A stretch of DNA of 64,000 bases from Octopus sinensis (lineage: Eukaryota): positions 163,866,001 through 163,930,000 of the forward strand of contig NC_042999.1 of the NCBI RefSeq assembly GCF_006345805.1, given 5' to 3'. The notes beneath the pieces were generated by a model. It had not been told where the DNA came from. It ran no database searches and saw nothing but the letters and a program-made list of their open reading frames with translations. The translations under genes were made by a program, and so were the position numbers. Positions 25,962 to 36,766 of the stretch are shown here, piece after piece. How positions within the stretch are numbered: position 1 is the first letter of the stretch; every line of letters starts with the position of its first letter.

Positions 25962-26164
25962 ACACCTGATATACCTAATATAAATACACCTATTAATTTT
26001 CTTCGCAATGAAAAAACAAATAAGATTGTCATTGTTTCACAATTCATTGGTTACTCATCAGGTGAAAAATACCTTTTCAACATTTTTTCTCAAGTATACA
26101 GCATATTGCAAATCGCGGTTTAAATCAAAATCAAACCATATTTGTGTGTGTGTGTGTGTGTGTA

Positions 26165-26377
26165 TTCTTTTATTCTTTTACTTGTTTCACTCATTTGACT
26201 GCGGCCATGGTGGAGCACCGCTTTTAGACGAAAATATGGACCCCAGAACTTATTCTTTGTAAACCTAGTACTTATTCTATCGCTCTGTTTGGCCAAGCCA
26301 CTAAGTTACGGGGACGTAAACACACCAAATTCGGTTGTCAAACGATACAGGGGGGGGGGACAAACACAGATACGCAA

Positions 26378-26413
<36 letters not shown>

Positions 26414-26465
26414 ACATACAACGGTCCTTTTTCAGTTTCCGTCTACTAAATCCACTCACAAGGCT
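26165..26465 (-). mobile_element. SINE2 body
   Basis: TTTTACTTGTTTCACTCATTTGACTGCGGCCATGGTGGAGCACCG...CTAAGTTACGGGGACGTAAACACACC...TTCAGTTTCCGTCTACTAAATCCACTCACAAGGCT. Confidence 0.8.
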
Positions 26466-26524
26466 ATATAGTTTTCTTGTTTAGATTAACTATATATATA
26501 TATATATATATGCACACAAATGTG

Positions 26525-26710
26525 TAGTACTCGTATTTCAACGGGGCATTTCTCTCACATCCTGTGTCACGATGAATTTCGCCAAGAATTACCTGAAGGC
26601 TACGCATATCTGTGAAGTGCTCAGCCACTTGCAAGTCAACTTCACGAGCAGGCTGTCCTGTCGATCGGATCAAGTGGAACACTTATGGTCGTAACAGACT
26701 GAGTGCCAGT
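26525..26710 (+). mobile_element. SINE3 3' body (degenerate)
   Basis: GTGCTCAGCCACTTGCA...CACGAGCAGGCTGT...GATCGGATCAA...GGTCGTAAC matches the reverse complement of 33939-34100. Confidence 0.65.
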
Positions 26711-27533
26711 ATACGTGTGTGTGTGTGTGACGGCGCGCGCGCATGTATGTGTATGATTTATGATAAAAGAAAAAAGGCACACTTTATCATGAAACTCTCC
26801 GACTGTAGCTCAAAGTCCTTCACGAAATATGTAATTGATTGATAAAATGAGATTTGACTTCCAAGAACCGAAATACTATCAGTGCGTGTGTTATTGTGAG
26901 CAAAATAATCCACTGTGACTGCAACAACAACACCAACACACACACACACACTCTCTCTCTCACTCCCCCCTCTCTCTCTATATATATATATACATATATA
27001 TGTATGCATATGTGTGTGTGTGTGTGTGTGCGTGCGCGCGTGTGTGAATGCATATATTAGTTGAAATAATAAGTCGCTTCTGCTTCCCTTACGTTGAATT
27101 ATTCTTGGATGGTTACACCTTTTAACGGAAGCGGGTGCAGTTTATTATTTCCATATATTTTCTTACAACATTTCGTGTCTTGATTATGAAATCAGACTTG
27201 CTAGCGCACTTAATCAAACGAAACTATTAGCAACTTAAATGGAACTGTCTGTAATTAGTATTATCGTATTTCCATATATTATGTTACTCTATATAACTGC
27301 ACAGAGTAATGTATATATTATTATACAAGTTTTGATATTACCTATCAAATCAGATAATATATGTATATATAAATATAAATATATTCAAATTCAAAATGGC
27401 TGAAGACTAGCATTACACTTGAAACTCGGAATACCAACGAATTTAAATCAAACTGTTTTGATTCACACACACACACACACACGCGCACACACACACTAAT
27501 ATATATTTTCCGAATTTGTGTAAATGTGTATAG

Positions 27534-27590
<57 letters not shown>

Positions 27591-27707
27591 TATATATATA
27601 TATGTTCCACTATAGCCAGCATAACGGAATAGGAACTTTATTTGCGTATTTAAAACAAATTTAAAAGATATATATATATATAAAACAATTGCAGCATTTA
27701 AGAAACA

Positions 27708-27831
27708 CACAAAACCGTTAGATTCACTTCAACATTTAAATTTAATTTGCCAAAATATTTTCGTCGCTTTGAGACCGCGACCTATTTACTGAGAAAATTT
27801 AAATGTTGTAGTGAATGTAACGGTTTTTGTG
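27708..27831. repeat. 36-bp imperfect inverted repeat enclosing a structured 51-bp spacer (probably Penelope-type terminus)
   Basis: CACAAAACCGTTAGATTCACTTCAACATTTAAATTT versus AAATTTAAATGTTGTAGTGAATGTAACGGTTTTTGTG. Confidence 0.8.
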
Positions 27832-28184
27832 TGCTACTTAAATAGCTTGTAAACATCTTCCACATTGCAATTGTTTTCGTTCCAGTACACGGTCTCAGAT
27901 CAGGTCACTTGCTATGCAAGTACATCTCCGTTTTATATATATATAAATATGTGCAAATACCTAAAGCCAGCTGGAGACGATGATCTCCTGGGGCTACAAG
28001 CTACAGTAACACCCATTCTTAGTGGTTAGCCATATTGAGATGGCTAGTATACTTTACGTTGTCGAGCAGTTACTGTTTACATCTCGTTCAGAGATTTATT
28101 ATTGCTTTAATGCATTAAGATATTTATAAATTCCATCCAAGTATTGTTGTTATTATTACTATTTAAAAAATTCTTTTATTGTTT

Positions 28185-28285
28185 TTCGTCGAACAAATCG
28201 ACCCCAGGACATATTCTTTGTTAACCTATCGGGCTCTATGACGAACCGCTAAGTTACGGGAACGTAAACACACTAACGTATGAGT
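28185..28285 (-). mobile_element. SINE2 fragment
   Basis: CAAATCGACCCCAGGAC...GAACCGCTAAGTTACGGGAACGTAAACACAC. Confidence 0.65.
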
Positions 28286-28865
28286 GTGTGTGTATGTATG
28301 TATGTATGTATGTATGTATGTATGTATGTATGTATGTATGTATGTATGTATGCATGCATGTCTGTACGCGCGCGCATTTATGTTTTCATAGACCGAGATT
28401 TTTTGCATTCTCGTTCTTTCAGGCGAAATTTTCACTAAAATATTTTCACTTGAAACGAAAACGGAAAGCGGGAATTTCTGAGTAGCGACGGAGCGAAGTG
28501 CCTGCTGCCTATAAATAAATATATTTATACTAAGTATATTGAATAATGCTTCTTCCGTTTGTGAAACATAAAACGCGCGTACGTCCCCACCGCCTTCCAG
28601 TACATACACACACGTACACAAGCTCACACACACAAGTTTTCACACACATGCGCGCGTGCAAGCACATGCTTGTTATTTAAATATGTACGTGCGAAGAAGT
28701 AGGCCCACTTTCTCTTTAAGCTAAGAAATATTCCCGCCTCTTAAAAATATTCGTCTTTTGGCGCTTTCATGAAGCAAGGATTTCGAATGTTTATATATAT
28801 TGTAGCAACAGGTTCATACATACATACACACATACATACATACATACACACACATACATACATAC

Positions 28866-28896
<31 letters not shown>

Positions 28897-30147
28897 CATA
28901 CACACACATACATACATACTTACATACATACATACATACATACACACATACATACATACATGCTTTACACCCAGTGAACTAAAGCGGAACTTACAGCTTT
29001 TGTGCGTTGGTTATAAATTTTTCTATCCTCGTGGGTGCACTAAATTATGCATCTACAAATTTGCAAAAGTAAATAAATAAACGAATAAATAAAGGTTATA
29101 GTAGAAAATACTTGCCTAATGAACTACGTTGTGTGACCGAATCCTGCCGCACAGCCACGCATGCGCCTAAGGATTTGATGATATAAAATGCGATTAACAT
29201 TATTCAAGAAAGGGTGGCAAATAAACACGTTCTTGCCGAAAGTTATTAATTTTGGAATATTTTGCAACTTATTGAGGAAACAATCAAGCTTCTATTGTTT
29301 TAAGTGTTTCTGATATACCAGGTTAGATATATTTATCCAATTTAGATGGCAAATAAAGCTAACAAAACTTTAAATTATTGTTGGTTAGCTATGTTGTACA
29401 ATAGGGAAATGGTGATACAGGTGGACAGCAATAGGGACTTATACGAAACAGTGGTGTGAAGGAAGCTGATACTGAGCAAAAGTTGTGGTTATCTATATGG
29501 AGAATCAAATTTGCTTCCACATGAATTGCCACAGGATCTATCTTCAATTTAAGAGATCGTCTGCAGTGATACCGATTGACGAATTACAAAAATCAACAGA
29601 GTGTAACACACTATAGACCAAATGTTATAGGAACTGAACTGGAACAAGTTATAGAATTGACAAAAGTGAGAGCAATTCTTTGTTCATTCCGTCAGTAGTA
29701 TCCACGTTAATATCACCGCCGCCATTACTTGCTCCCCATCGTCTGCTTACTGAATTGTTAAAAAGAACGCTGTATGGGTTATGTTTCCATTGATGTTCAG
29801 AGGAGAATTCAATTGAATTCAGCAGGTTATTAACTTATAAATGTCACTGTCTTCACTCTTATTTGAAATAGATCAACTCGTAAACATATATACATAATAG
29901 TTGACATAAATTCACACACAAACACACACACACACACACATATACACATATGAATACACGCATGCACGTTTAAGAACGCATATATACCTATCCCTGTATG
30001 TACATATGTATTTATTTATGTATGTATGTATGCATGTATGTATGTATGTATGTATGCATGTATGCATGCATGTATTTATGTATGTATGTATGTATGTATG
30101 TATGTATGTATGTATGTATGTATGTATGTATGTATGTATGTATGTAT

Positions 30148-31227
30148 GTCGATATTTAGTTTATTTCAAGATCTCTTCCCAATAGAGAAATGACCAATTT
30201 CTAACCTAGATCTAAGGCTCATTCACTGGAATTTTAACATCAACAACAGGGTATTTTGGGTTGTATGTATGTTTGCAGATTTGTATGTTTTATTCACGTA
30301 TTCTCATGTATATAATTGCATATCTAGACATGCTCTTCTATGTTTAAATGATAAACGTCTGAAAAGTTCTACAGATTTTTATAGTTCCAATGATGGATTA
30401 GATCTGTAGTCTTCAAATAAGCTTTCTCCTTTCTAGTTTTGAGAAACTTAATTTCTCAAGATTGGTATTTAGGCAGTGTGTTACAGAATTTTCAACTGTG
30501 CACAGTTTCTCTTTTCTATCCCAAATCATTATATCAGGTCTGTTGTGCTTACATTTTATTGAGGTCTTCACTGGTACATTCTACCAGTATTCCTCTTCAT
30601 TGTGAGTGGCTATGGCTTCTACCATATTGTGGGTTTTTATTTCTTTGTCCTTGGGATTATCCTTCCAACGGATTTCATTAAAGAGTATCCTAGCTACAAC
30701 ATCATGTCTCATATGTAGATAATACCGTGATGACATTTTCGGACAACTGCTTATGTGCTTATAATGTGGATGATATCTTCAATGTGAACTCCACAAAGTC
30801 TGCATCAGTGATCACATTTTGATGCTTTTCCTGTGTCTCTGTCCCTTTTGTATACCAGGTATTTGATTAATAGTTCCTGTTTCTGGATCGCAAACGCATA
30901 TTCTTCAAAGTGGGAGGTAGTAATCCGGTTATTGGTCCATGATAAACTGTTTTGAAGACCGATGTTACAGAGCTTTCTACTAACATATCCATGCATGGTC
31001 TTCTGCTGATATACGGCCATCCTTTCATCTGATGATACGTTGCAGTAGAGTCGTGCGAGTTCTTTGGGCATGTATTTAAGGTTATCAGACAAGGAATGCC
31101 ACTTAAAGAGCAGTCTTCTAAGTCTTATGTTGTTGTCAGCCTCATGTATGCAAACTTGGTCAAGATTGCACTTCGACACTTGGTGGTTAAAAGATGTTGC
31201 TGAAGGGATATGATACGACATTCAAAG
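30148..31227 (-). mobile_element. R4-like RLE retrotransposon, family E, 5'-truncated, (CATA)n-tailed, with internal deletion
   Basis: Minus-strand ITTSHFEEYAFAIQKQEL, CRLC-type finger and RPDI; the 3' UTR ending GAAATAAACTAAATATCGAC runs into (ATAC)n at 29993-30147; homologous to 38461-39459. Confidence 0.85.
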
Positions 31228-32900
31228 AAGGTTAATTTAAGTTTCGAATATCTGAAGAAAGCATTCCAACAGTCAAGGAAGAGCCCGTCAAGAGCTTGGG
31301 ACGAGTATACGCTGGAACATTGTCAGACAGAAGTCGTGGGATTGAAATTATGAGACAGGCCGAGGCTGGGTTATCAGCGATTGATAATTCGAAGTTACCA
31401 GGTAAATATAAGATTTGGTGCTTGCAGTTCGGCTTGTACCCGCGACTTGCGTGGCCACTTTTAATATACGAAGTAGCATTGTCACGAGTTGAAATCATTG
31501 AGCAAAAATGTAATGTGTTCATTAGAAAGTGGCTAGGCCTACCTCGTATGTTGAACAGCTCAGCTCTTTATCGTAAAAGAGGTTCGTTGCAGCTACCAAT
31601 AGCATCAATAGTCGAAATATATAAGCTGGGGAAGATACGGACGGTCATGATGCTGAGAGAATCGAAGGATATGGAAATCAGGCGTAACCCACCAGGGGTT
31701 AAAACAGCCAGGAAGTGGAAAGCAGAAGCAGAAACTGACGACATCTTGTCTTCTCTTATACACAGAGATATGGTGGGAGCAACGCAGAACCATCGGAAAG
31801 GACTTGGTTTTGGCGCAGATCAGTTCAGACCGTTTGCAAGCATGATGCGGAGTGAACGCAAATCTGTTGTTAGCAACAGCGTCAAAACAAGTGAAGCAGA
31901 GAGAAGAGAGCTTCATTTGATCCGATGTGTTCATCAAGGTCAGATGACGAGATGGGAAGAACATGTTGTTGAGAGGAAGATAAGTTGGGATGAGATGTGG
32001 AAGTGGACGACATCCCGGCTGAGTTTCCTGATTCGTTCTTCTTATGATGTTTTGCCATCACCTACGAATCTAGTAAGCTGGAACGTCTTAGAGAATGACA
32101 TCTGCAAATGTGGAAAGGTCGGTACACTAAAACATATTCTTTCCAACTGTTCATTAGCATTGAACAGGTCTACATGGAGGCACAACTTGGTCCTTAAGGT
32201 TATCTTCAATGCTATAAAGAACCAAATTCATCTCAACAACACTGAGGAAAAACCGTTGAAAGTACCATCAAGAGATTTCATTACCTTCGTGCGACCAGGT
32301 CAGCGGATCCGTTTCAAGAAGAAGATCAAGAAACTTCCTGAGAAAAATGAAAAGTGGAACGGCTATTGGGAGGTAACTGCAGATTTACCTGGGTGCCAGG
32401 TTTTCTTTCCCATCCCAATTACGAAAAAACCAGATATTTTGATGTGGTGTGAAAGAAAGAAAGTTGTAAATATAGTCGAGTTAACGGTTCCTCATGAAGA
32501 TAATATGGACGCCGCTCGGGCTCGAAAATTTAACCGTTATGAAAACCTCCTCGAGGAATGTGAAGATGCAGGCTGGAAAGCGGAACATTTTCCTATCGAA
32601 GTCGGATGTAGAGGATTTGTTGGACACAGCGTGAGACGACTGTTGTTATCGCTAGGCCTAACTCATCGTAAAGTCAATACCACCATGACTGATATCCAAT
32701 CTACAGTGGAGAAGGCTAGCCACTGGATTTGGTTAAAAAGAGACGATGAGCGCTGGCTAGAAGTATATTGAGTTCTTCATAACCAGCTGATCTAGCAAGC
32801 GGGACCTCATAACAGTGGTGCGCATTGATGCCGTCGAGAGGTAGGCCCCGAAACGGCGCGCATTCTCTCCTGATGACCACATACACTTGCTAGCTTCCGG
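31228..32900 (+). mobile_element. HERO-like (R2 group) non-LTR retrotransposon, 5'-truncated
   Basis: FRISEESIPTVKEEPVKSLGRVY, LYPRLAWPLLIYEV, RKWLGLP, HILSNC, WRHNLVL, KKPDIL, VELTVP, PIEVGCRGF; GC-richer 3' UTR; exact 3' end uncertain. Confidence 0.85.
31296..32771 (+). CDS. Uninterrupted 491-aa reading frame: post-RT/thumb, CCHC finger and RLE endonuclease of the HERO-like element (start is not a true initiation codon)
   Basis: Longest ORF in the window; no stops or frameshifts; the RT catalytic core is absent because of 5' truncation. Confidence 0.75.
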   Translation: MGRVYAGTLSDRSRGIEIMRQAEAGLSAIDNSKLPGKYKIWCLQFGLYPRLAWPLLIYEVALSRVEIIEQKCNVFIRKWLGLPRMLNSSALYRKRGSLQLPIASIVEIYKLGKIRTVMMLRESKDMEIRRNPPGVKTARKWKAEAETDDILSSLIHRDMVGATQNHRKGLGFGADQFRPFASMMRSERKSVVSNSVKTSEAERRELHLIRCVHQGQMTRWEEHVVERKISWDEMWKWTTSRLSFLIRSSYDVLPSPTNLVSWNVLENDICKCGKVGTLKHILSNCSLALNRSTWRHNLVLKVIFNAIKNQIHLNNTEEKPLKVPSRDFITFVRPGQRIRFKKKIKKLPEKNEKWNGYWEVTADLPGCQVFFPIPITKKPDILMWCERKKVVNIVELTVPHEDNMDAARARKFNRYENLLEECEDAGWKAEHFPIEVGCRGFVGHSVRRLLLSLGLTHRKVNTTMTDIQSTVEKASHWIWLKRDDERWLEVY

Positions 32901-32978
32901 TATACGGAGCTTTAACTGGTAGCACTTGCATGTGCAAGTTGTTTGCAAGACATTTTTAATATGTATGTATGCATATAA

Positions 32979-33048
<70 letters not shown>

Positions 33049-33485
33049 TCATGTGTGTGTGTGAGAGAGAGATAAAGAGGGAGAGAGAGTTGTGTGTGCA
33101 TATGCATATATATGTGTACATTTATACATAATATATATACACATACATGCATAGAGATAGAGACACACACCCATCACTCGTTTACACTAGTCCATATAAA
33201 ATACTCAATTACGAGATTGCCATGCAATAATTAGCACTTGGGTTCACTAAAATTGGATAGGTACTATCCCTTAGTTCGTTTCTCAACCTCTAACTCACAC
33301 AATTTTGTAGTATATATATATATATATATATTATATACATTATATACAAGTATACACTTACAGATAGACGAATATGTGTATTCTTAGAAAGACACATACA
33401 CATCTATGTCTACTCCTTTTCGGTAAATCGCAGAAGTATATATATGTGTGAGTTTGTGTGTGTGTGTTTATATATGTATATATAT

Positions 33486-33549
<64 letters not shown>

Positions 33550-33570
33550 TAAAACTGCAAAGACATCACA

Positions 33571-33616
33571 AAAACTGTTACTCAGAGTTTCACATTGTCG
33601 TTCGTCGGACAGCTTT
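33571..33616 (-). ncRNA. Minimal type I hammerhead ribozyme motif with variant CCGACGA core
   Basis: Minus strand AAAGCUGU-CCGACGA-ACG(ACAA)UGU-GAA-ACUCUGAGU-A-ACAGUUUU: 8-bp stem I, 3-bp stem II, near-palindromic stem III, GUA cleavage triplet. Confidence 0.7.
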
Positions 33617-33938
33617 GGTTGAGAATGGAACAAAAATAAAGTTATATGCATAAATATACAACTACGTTGATAGATACACATTTGAAAATTGCTTTGTTTC
33701 ATTGGTCCTTTTCAACTAACGGTCTTTTCAATAACCGGTTACATGAAATTACAATTACGATTTAAAATCATATCATTATAAAAGCGGAAGAAAACCTAAA
33801 TCAAAAATTATCTTTTAGTAGAAGGGGAAAAAAACCTGTATATACCCAGGGTAAAATAATTAATGGTAAAATAAATTGAAATAAATTAAAAAGGTATGTC
33901 CGCTTAAAATAGAAACCTTTACAAAGAACTGGATGGAA

Positions 33939-34312
33939 GCACTCCGTCGGTTACGACGATGAGGGTTCCGGTTGATCCGACCAACGGAACAGCCTGCTCG
34001 TCAAATTAACGTGTAAGTGGATGAGCACTCCACAGACACGTGTACCCTTAACGTAGTTCTCGGAGATATTCAGCGTGACACAGAAAGTGACAAGGCCGGC
34101 CCTTTGAAATACAGGTACAACAGAAACAGGAAGAAAGAGTGAGAGAAAGTTGTGGTGAAAGAGTACAGCAGGGATCACCACCATCCCCACTGGAGCCTCG
34201 TGGAGCTTTAGGTGTTTTCGCTCAATAAACACTCACAACGCCCGGTCTGGGAATCGAAACCGCGATCCTACGACCACGAGTCCGCTGCCCTAACCACTGG
34301 GCCATTGCGCCT
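33939..34312 (-). mobile_element. Near full-length tRNA-derived SINE3
   Basis: Minus strand AGGCGCAATGGCCCAGTGGTTAGGGCAGCGGACTCG...GGTTTCGATTCCCAGACC head and a long body ending GTAACCGACGGAGTGC. Confidence 0.85.
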
Positions 34313-34636
34313 CCACATACAAAGAACTAACATCTTAAAAATACATATACCTTTTGTAATACATACCAAAAAATCTATATATACATATATACACTAAACA
34401 TACAAACGTTGATACATGCCTACATACATATACAAATTCATGCAAAACATAGATATGTACAAGTACGTATATAGGTATCTACGTACATATATAGACGCGC
34501 ATAATACTTCTCCCTGTGTATTTCAAATATACAACTTAGTTGTTATTAAGCTAGAGAAAGGAAACGAAAAGATCAGAGAATAAGTGGCGGGAGAAAGAGA
34601 GAAATAAATAGATAGATAGATAAATAGATAGATAGG

Positions 34637-34680
<44 letters not shown>

Positions 34681-34686
34681 GATAGG

Positions 34687-34733
<47 letters not shown>

Positions 34734-35569
34734 TTTGGAAGTTGGCATTCCTAAAAAGTATCTAATACTTCAGCATAGATACAAACACACACATATAAAA
34801 CGCACACATATAAAAAGACATGCATACCTACATAAATAAACACATACATGTGATAGTAACACTTATGTAGAAACGCATACGAATGTACATATGGTGGGAG
34901 AAAGAGAAAAATAGAGAGATAGAGAGATAAATAGATAGACAGATAGAGAGAAATGATTTGGAAGTTGGCATTCCTAAAAAGTATCTAATAAATGTTAGGT
35001 ACTTCAGTATAGTTGCAAACGCACACATATAAAAAGACATGCATATCTATATAAATACACACATACATGCATTAGTAACACATATGTAGACACGCACACA
35101 AATATACATATAAACAAAGTAATATATATATATATATATTATATATATATATATATCTACAAGCATATATTCACATCAAGATACATACATACACCATAAC
35201 GTATATACGCATACAAATATATTTAAAAACTATCTAGTGTATAGAATATTAAAACCAGAAAATTGTACAATAAATAAATATAATATAATTAAATGTAATA
35301 TAAATATACAAATTTAAAAAATATATAAATCTGAAATAATAATTTTAAATTTAAATATGAAAATGAGGAAAAATTTAACCTCGGCAAAATCTAAATTTTA
35401 AATTTGCAAAACAGTCGAAGGTTTTCTTAAAAGTCGAATGTAAAATATGAAGGCGAAATATGCAGCGGCATTGTAAAACTAAAAGATGTCTATATTTTAA
35501 ATGTAAAAGCCAAATTCAAATGCGAAAGTCAAAAAACTTTTCGAAAGTGAAAACTTTTTTCTAATACAG

Positions 35570-35960
35570 TTTTTTTTCAGTTGACATTTTAAACCTCGTC
35601 GCTTGCCTGTAGGAATTTAAAAGTTGTCGTCCTTTGGTTCAATGCATGTTTACACTAGAACAAGATGAACAGTTTTTCTGAGAAGTAAAGATTACATTTC
35701 ATTGGGCTCCTACATATGCCTCATGTTTTAAGGTGCTGCTTTTTCCAAAATTGCCCAGCTGATATTGAAAGGGTGTCATTTTCCTTCAATTGCCAGACAG
35801 GTTTTGCAAGACTTGTTGCTGTCCTACTTTCGGGATATATATATGTCATAGATGAGATCCGGATATTCTCCGTATAGAATACATCTAGTAGTGCTCAAGA
35901 GATTTAAGCTTGAGCGGGTATAGTAGTAAATGTGGGGATAAGCAGTGCCCACACCAGTCT
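35570..35960 (-). mobile_element. Degenerate Penelope-like GIY-YIG C-terminal fragment
   Basis: Broken frames ATSLAKPVWQLKEMTPFNISWAILEKA and KCNLYFSEKLFIL...LNQR resemble the PLE motifs T-LSK-W-LK / I-W-IL / CNLC-EK-I / LN-R. Confidence 0.65.
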
Positions 35961-36164
35961 CCGCCATCTTTGTATGATTGTGCATTACACATAATAGACC
36001 AAACAATTTAAAATTCAATACTATTATCAGTGAGAGAATGTCCAAATTTAGCTAGGGATGTATTAAGTCTAAATGTAATTTTGTGATTATTCCAGCGAAG
36101 TTTGAATGAGGAAGAGGGCGCACCAATACAAACATGTTATTTACGAAGAGCAGGGACAACCGAT

Positions 36165-36300
36165 GTTCGGCAAAGAAATCGATAGAATAAGTACTAGATT
36201 TACAATGAACAAATCCTGGGATCGATTTGTTCGACTAAAGGTGGTGCTCCAGCATGGCCGCAGTCAAATGACTGAAACAAAGGAAAAATAAAGGAAAAAT
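36165..36300 (+). mobile_element. SINE2 3' end
   Basis: GATAGAATAAGTACTAG...GATCGATTTGTTCGACTAAAGGTGGTGCTCCAGCATGGCCGCAGTCAAATGACTGAAACAA. Confidence 0.75.
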
Positions 36301-36647
36301 ACACACACACACACATATATGTATCAACACAAAAAGTTACTACGATGATATACTAATATATTAAGATATATTAAACACATCATATATAGTACAAGTGGAT
36401 CGCTAGCAATCAAAAACCAAAGAGGAATTCATAAATGAAGATTGCAAAAATACCAACGCCTTTATCGCAAATACGTTCTTACCCACGTCTTTCTCGCAAA
36501 CATTGACCTGCTAATACCGAAGCTGAACATCACCGGCGATTGCTGGAAATAAAAGTGAAAATTAACTCTAAAAGCCACAAAACACTAACCTCATTATATT
36601 TACGAGAAGCGGGTACATATATGTCTGTCTGTTTGTTTGTCTGTCTG

Positions 36648-36716
<69 letters not shown>

Positions 36717-36735
36717 ATACACACACACGCGCACG

Positions 36736-36766
<31 letters not shown>

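Noticed and set aside
32800-32885. TGATG...GAAAC and CTGATGA in the HERO 3' UTR suggesting a hammerhead
   Set aside because: The motifs cannot be arranged with stems I-III and an NUH triplet in any permutation; at most a GC-rich hairpin.
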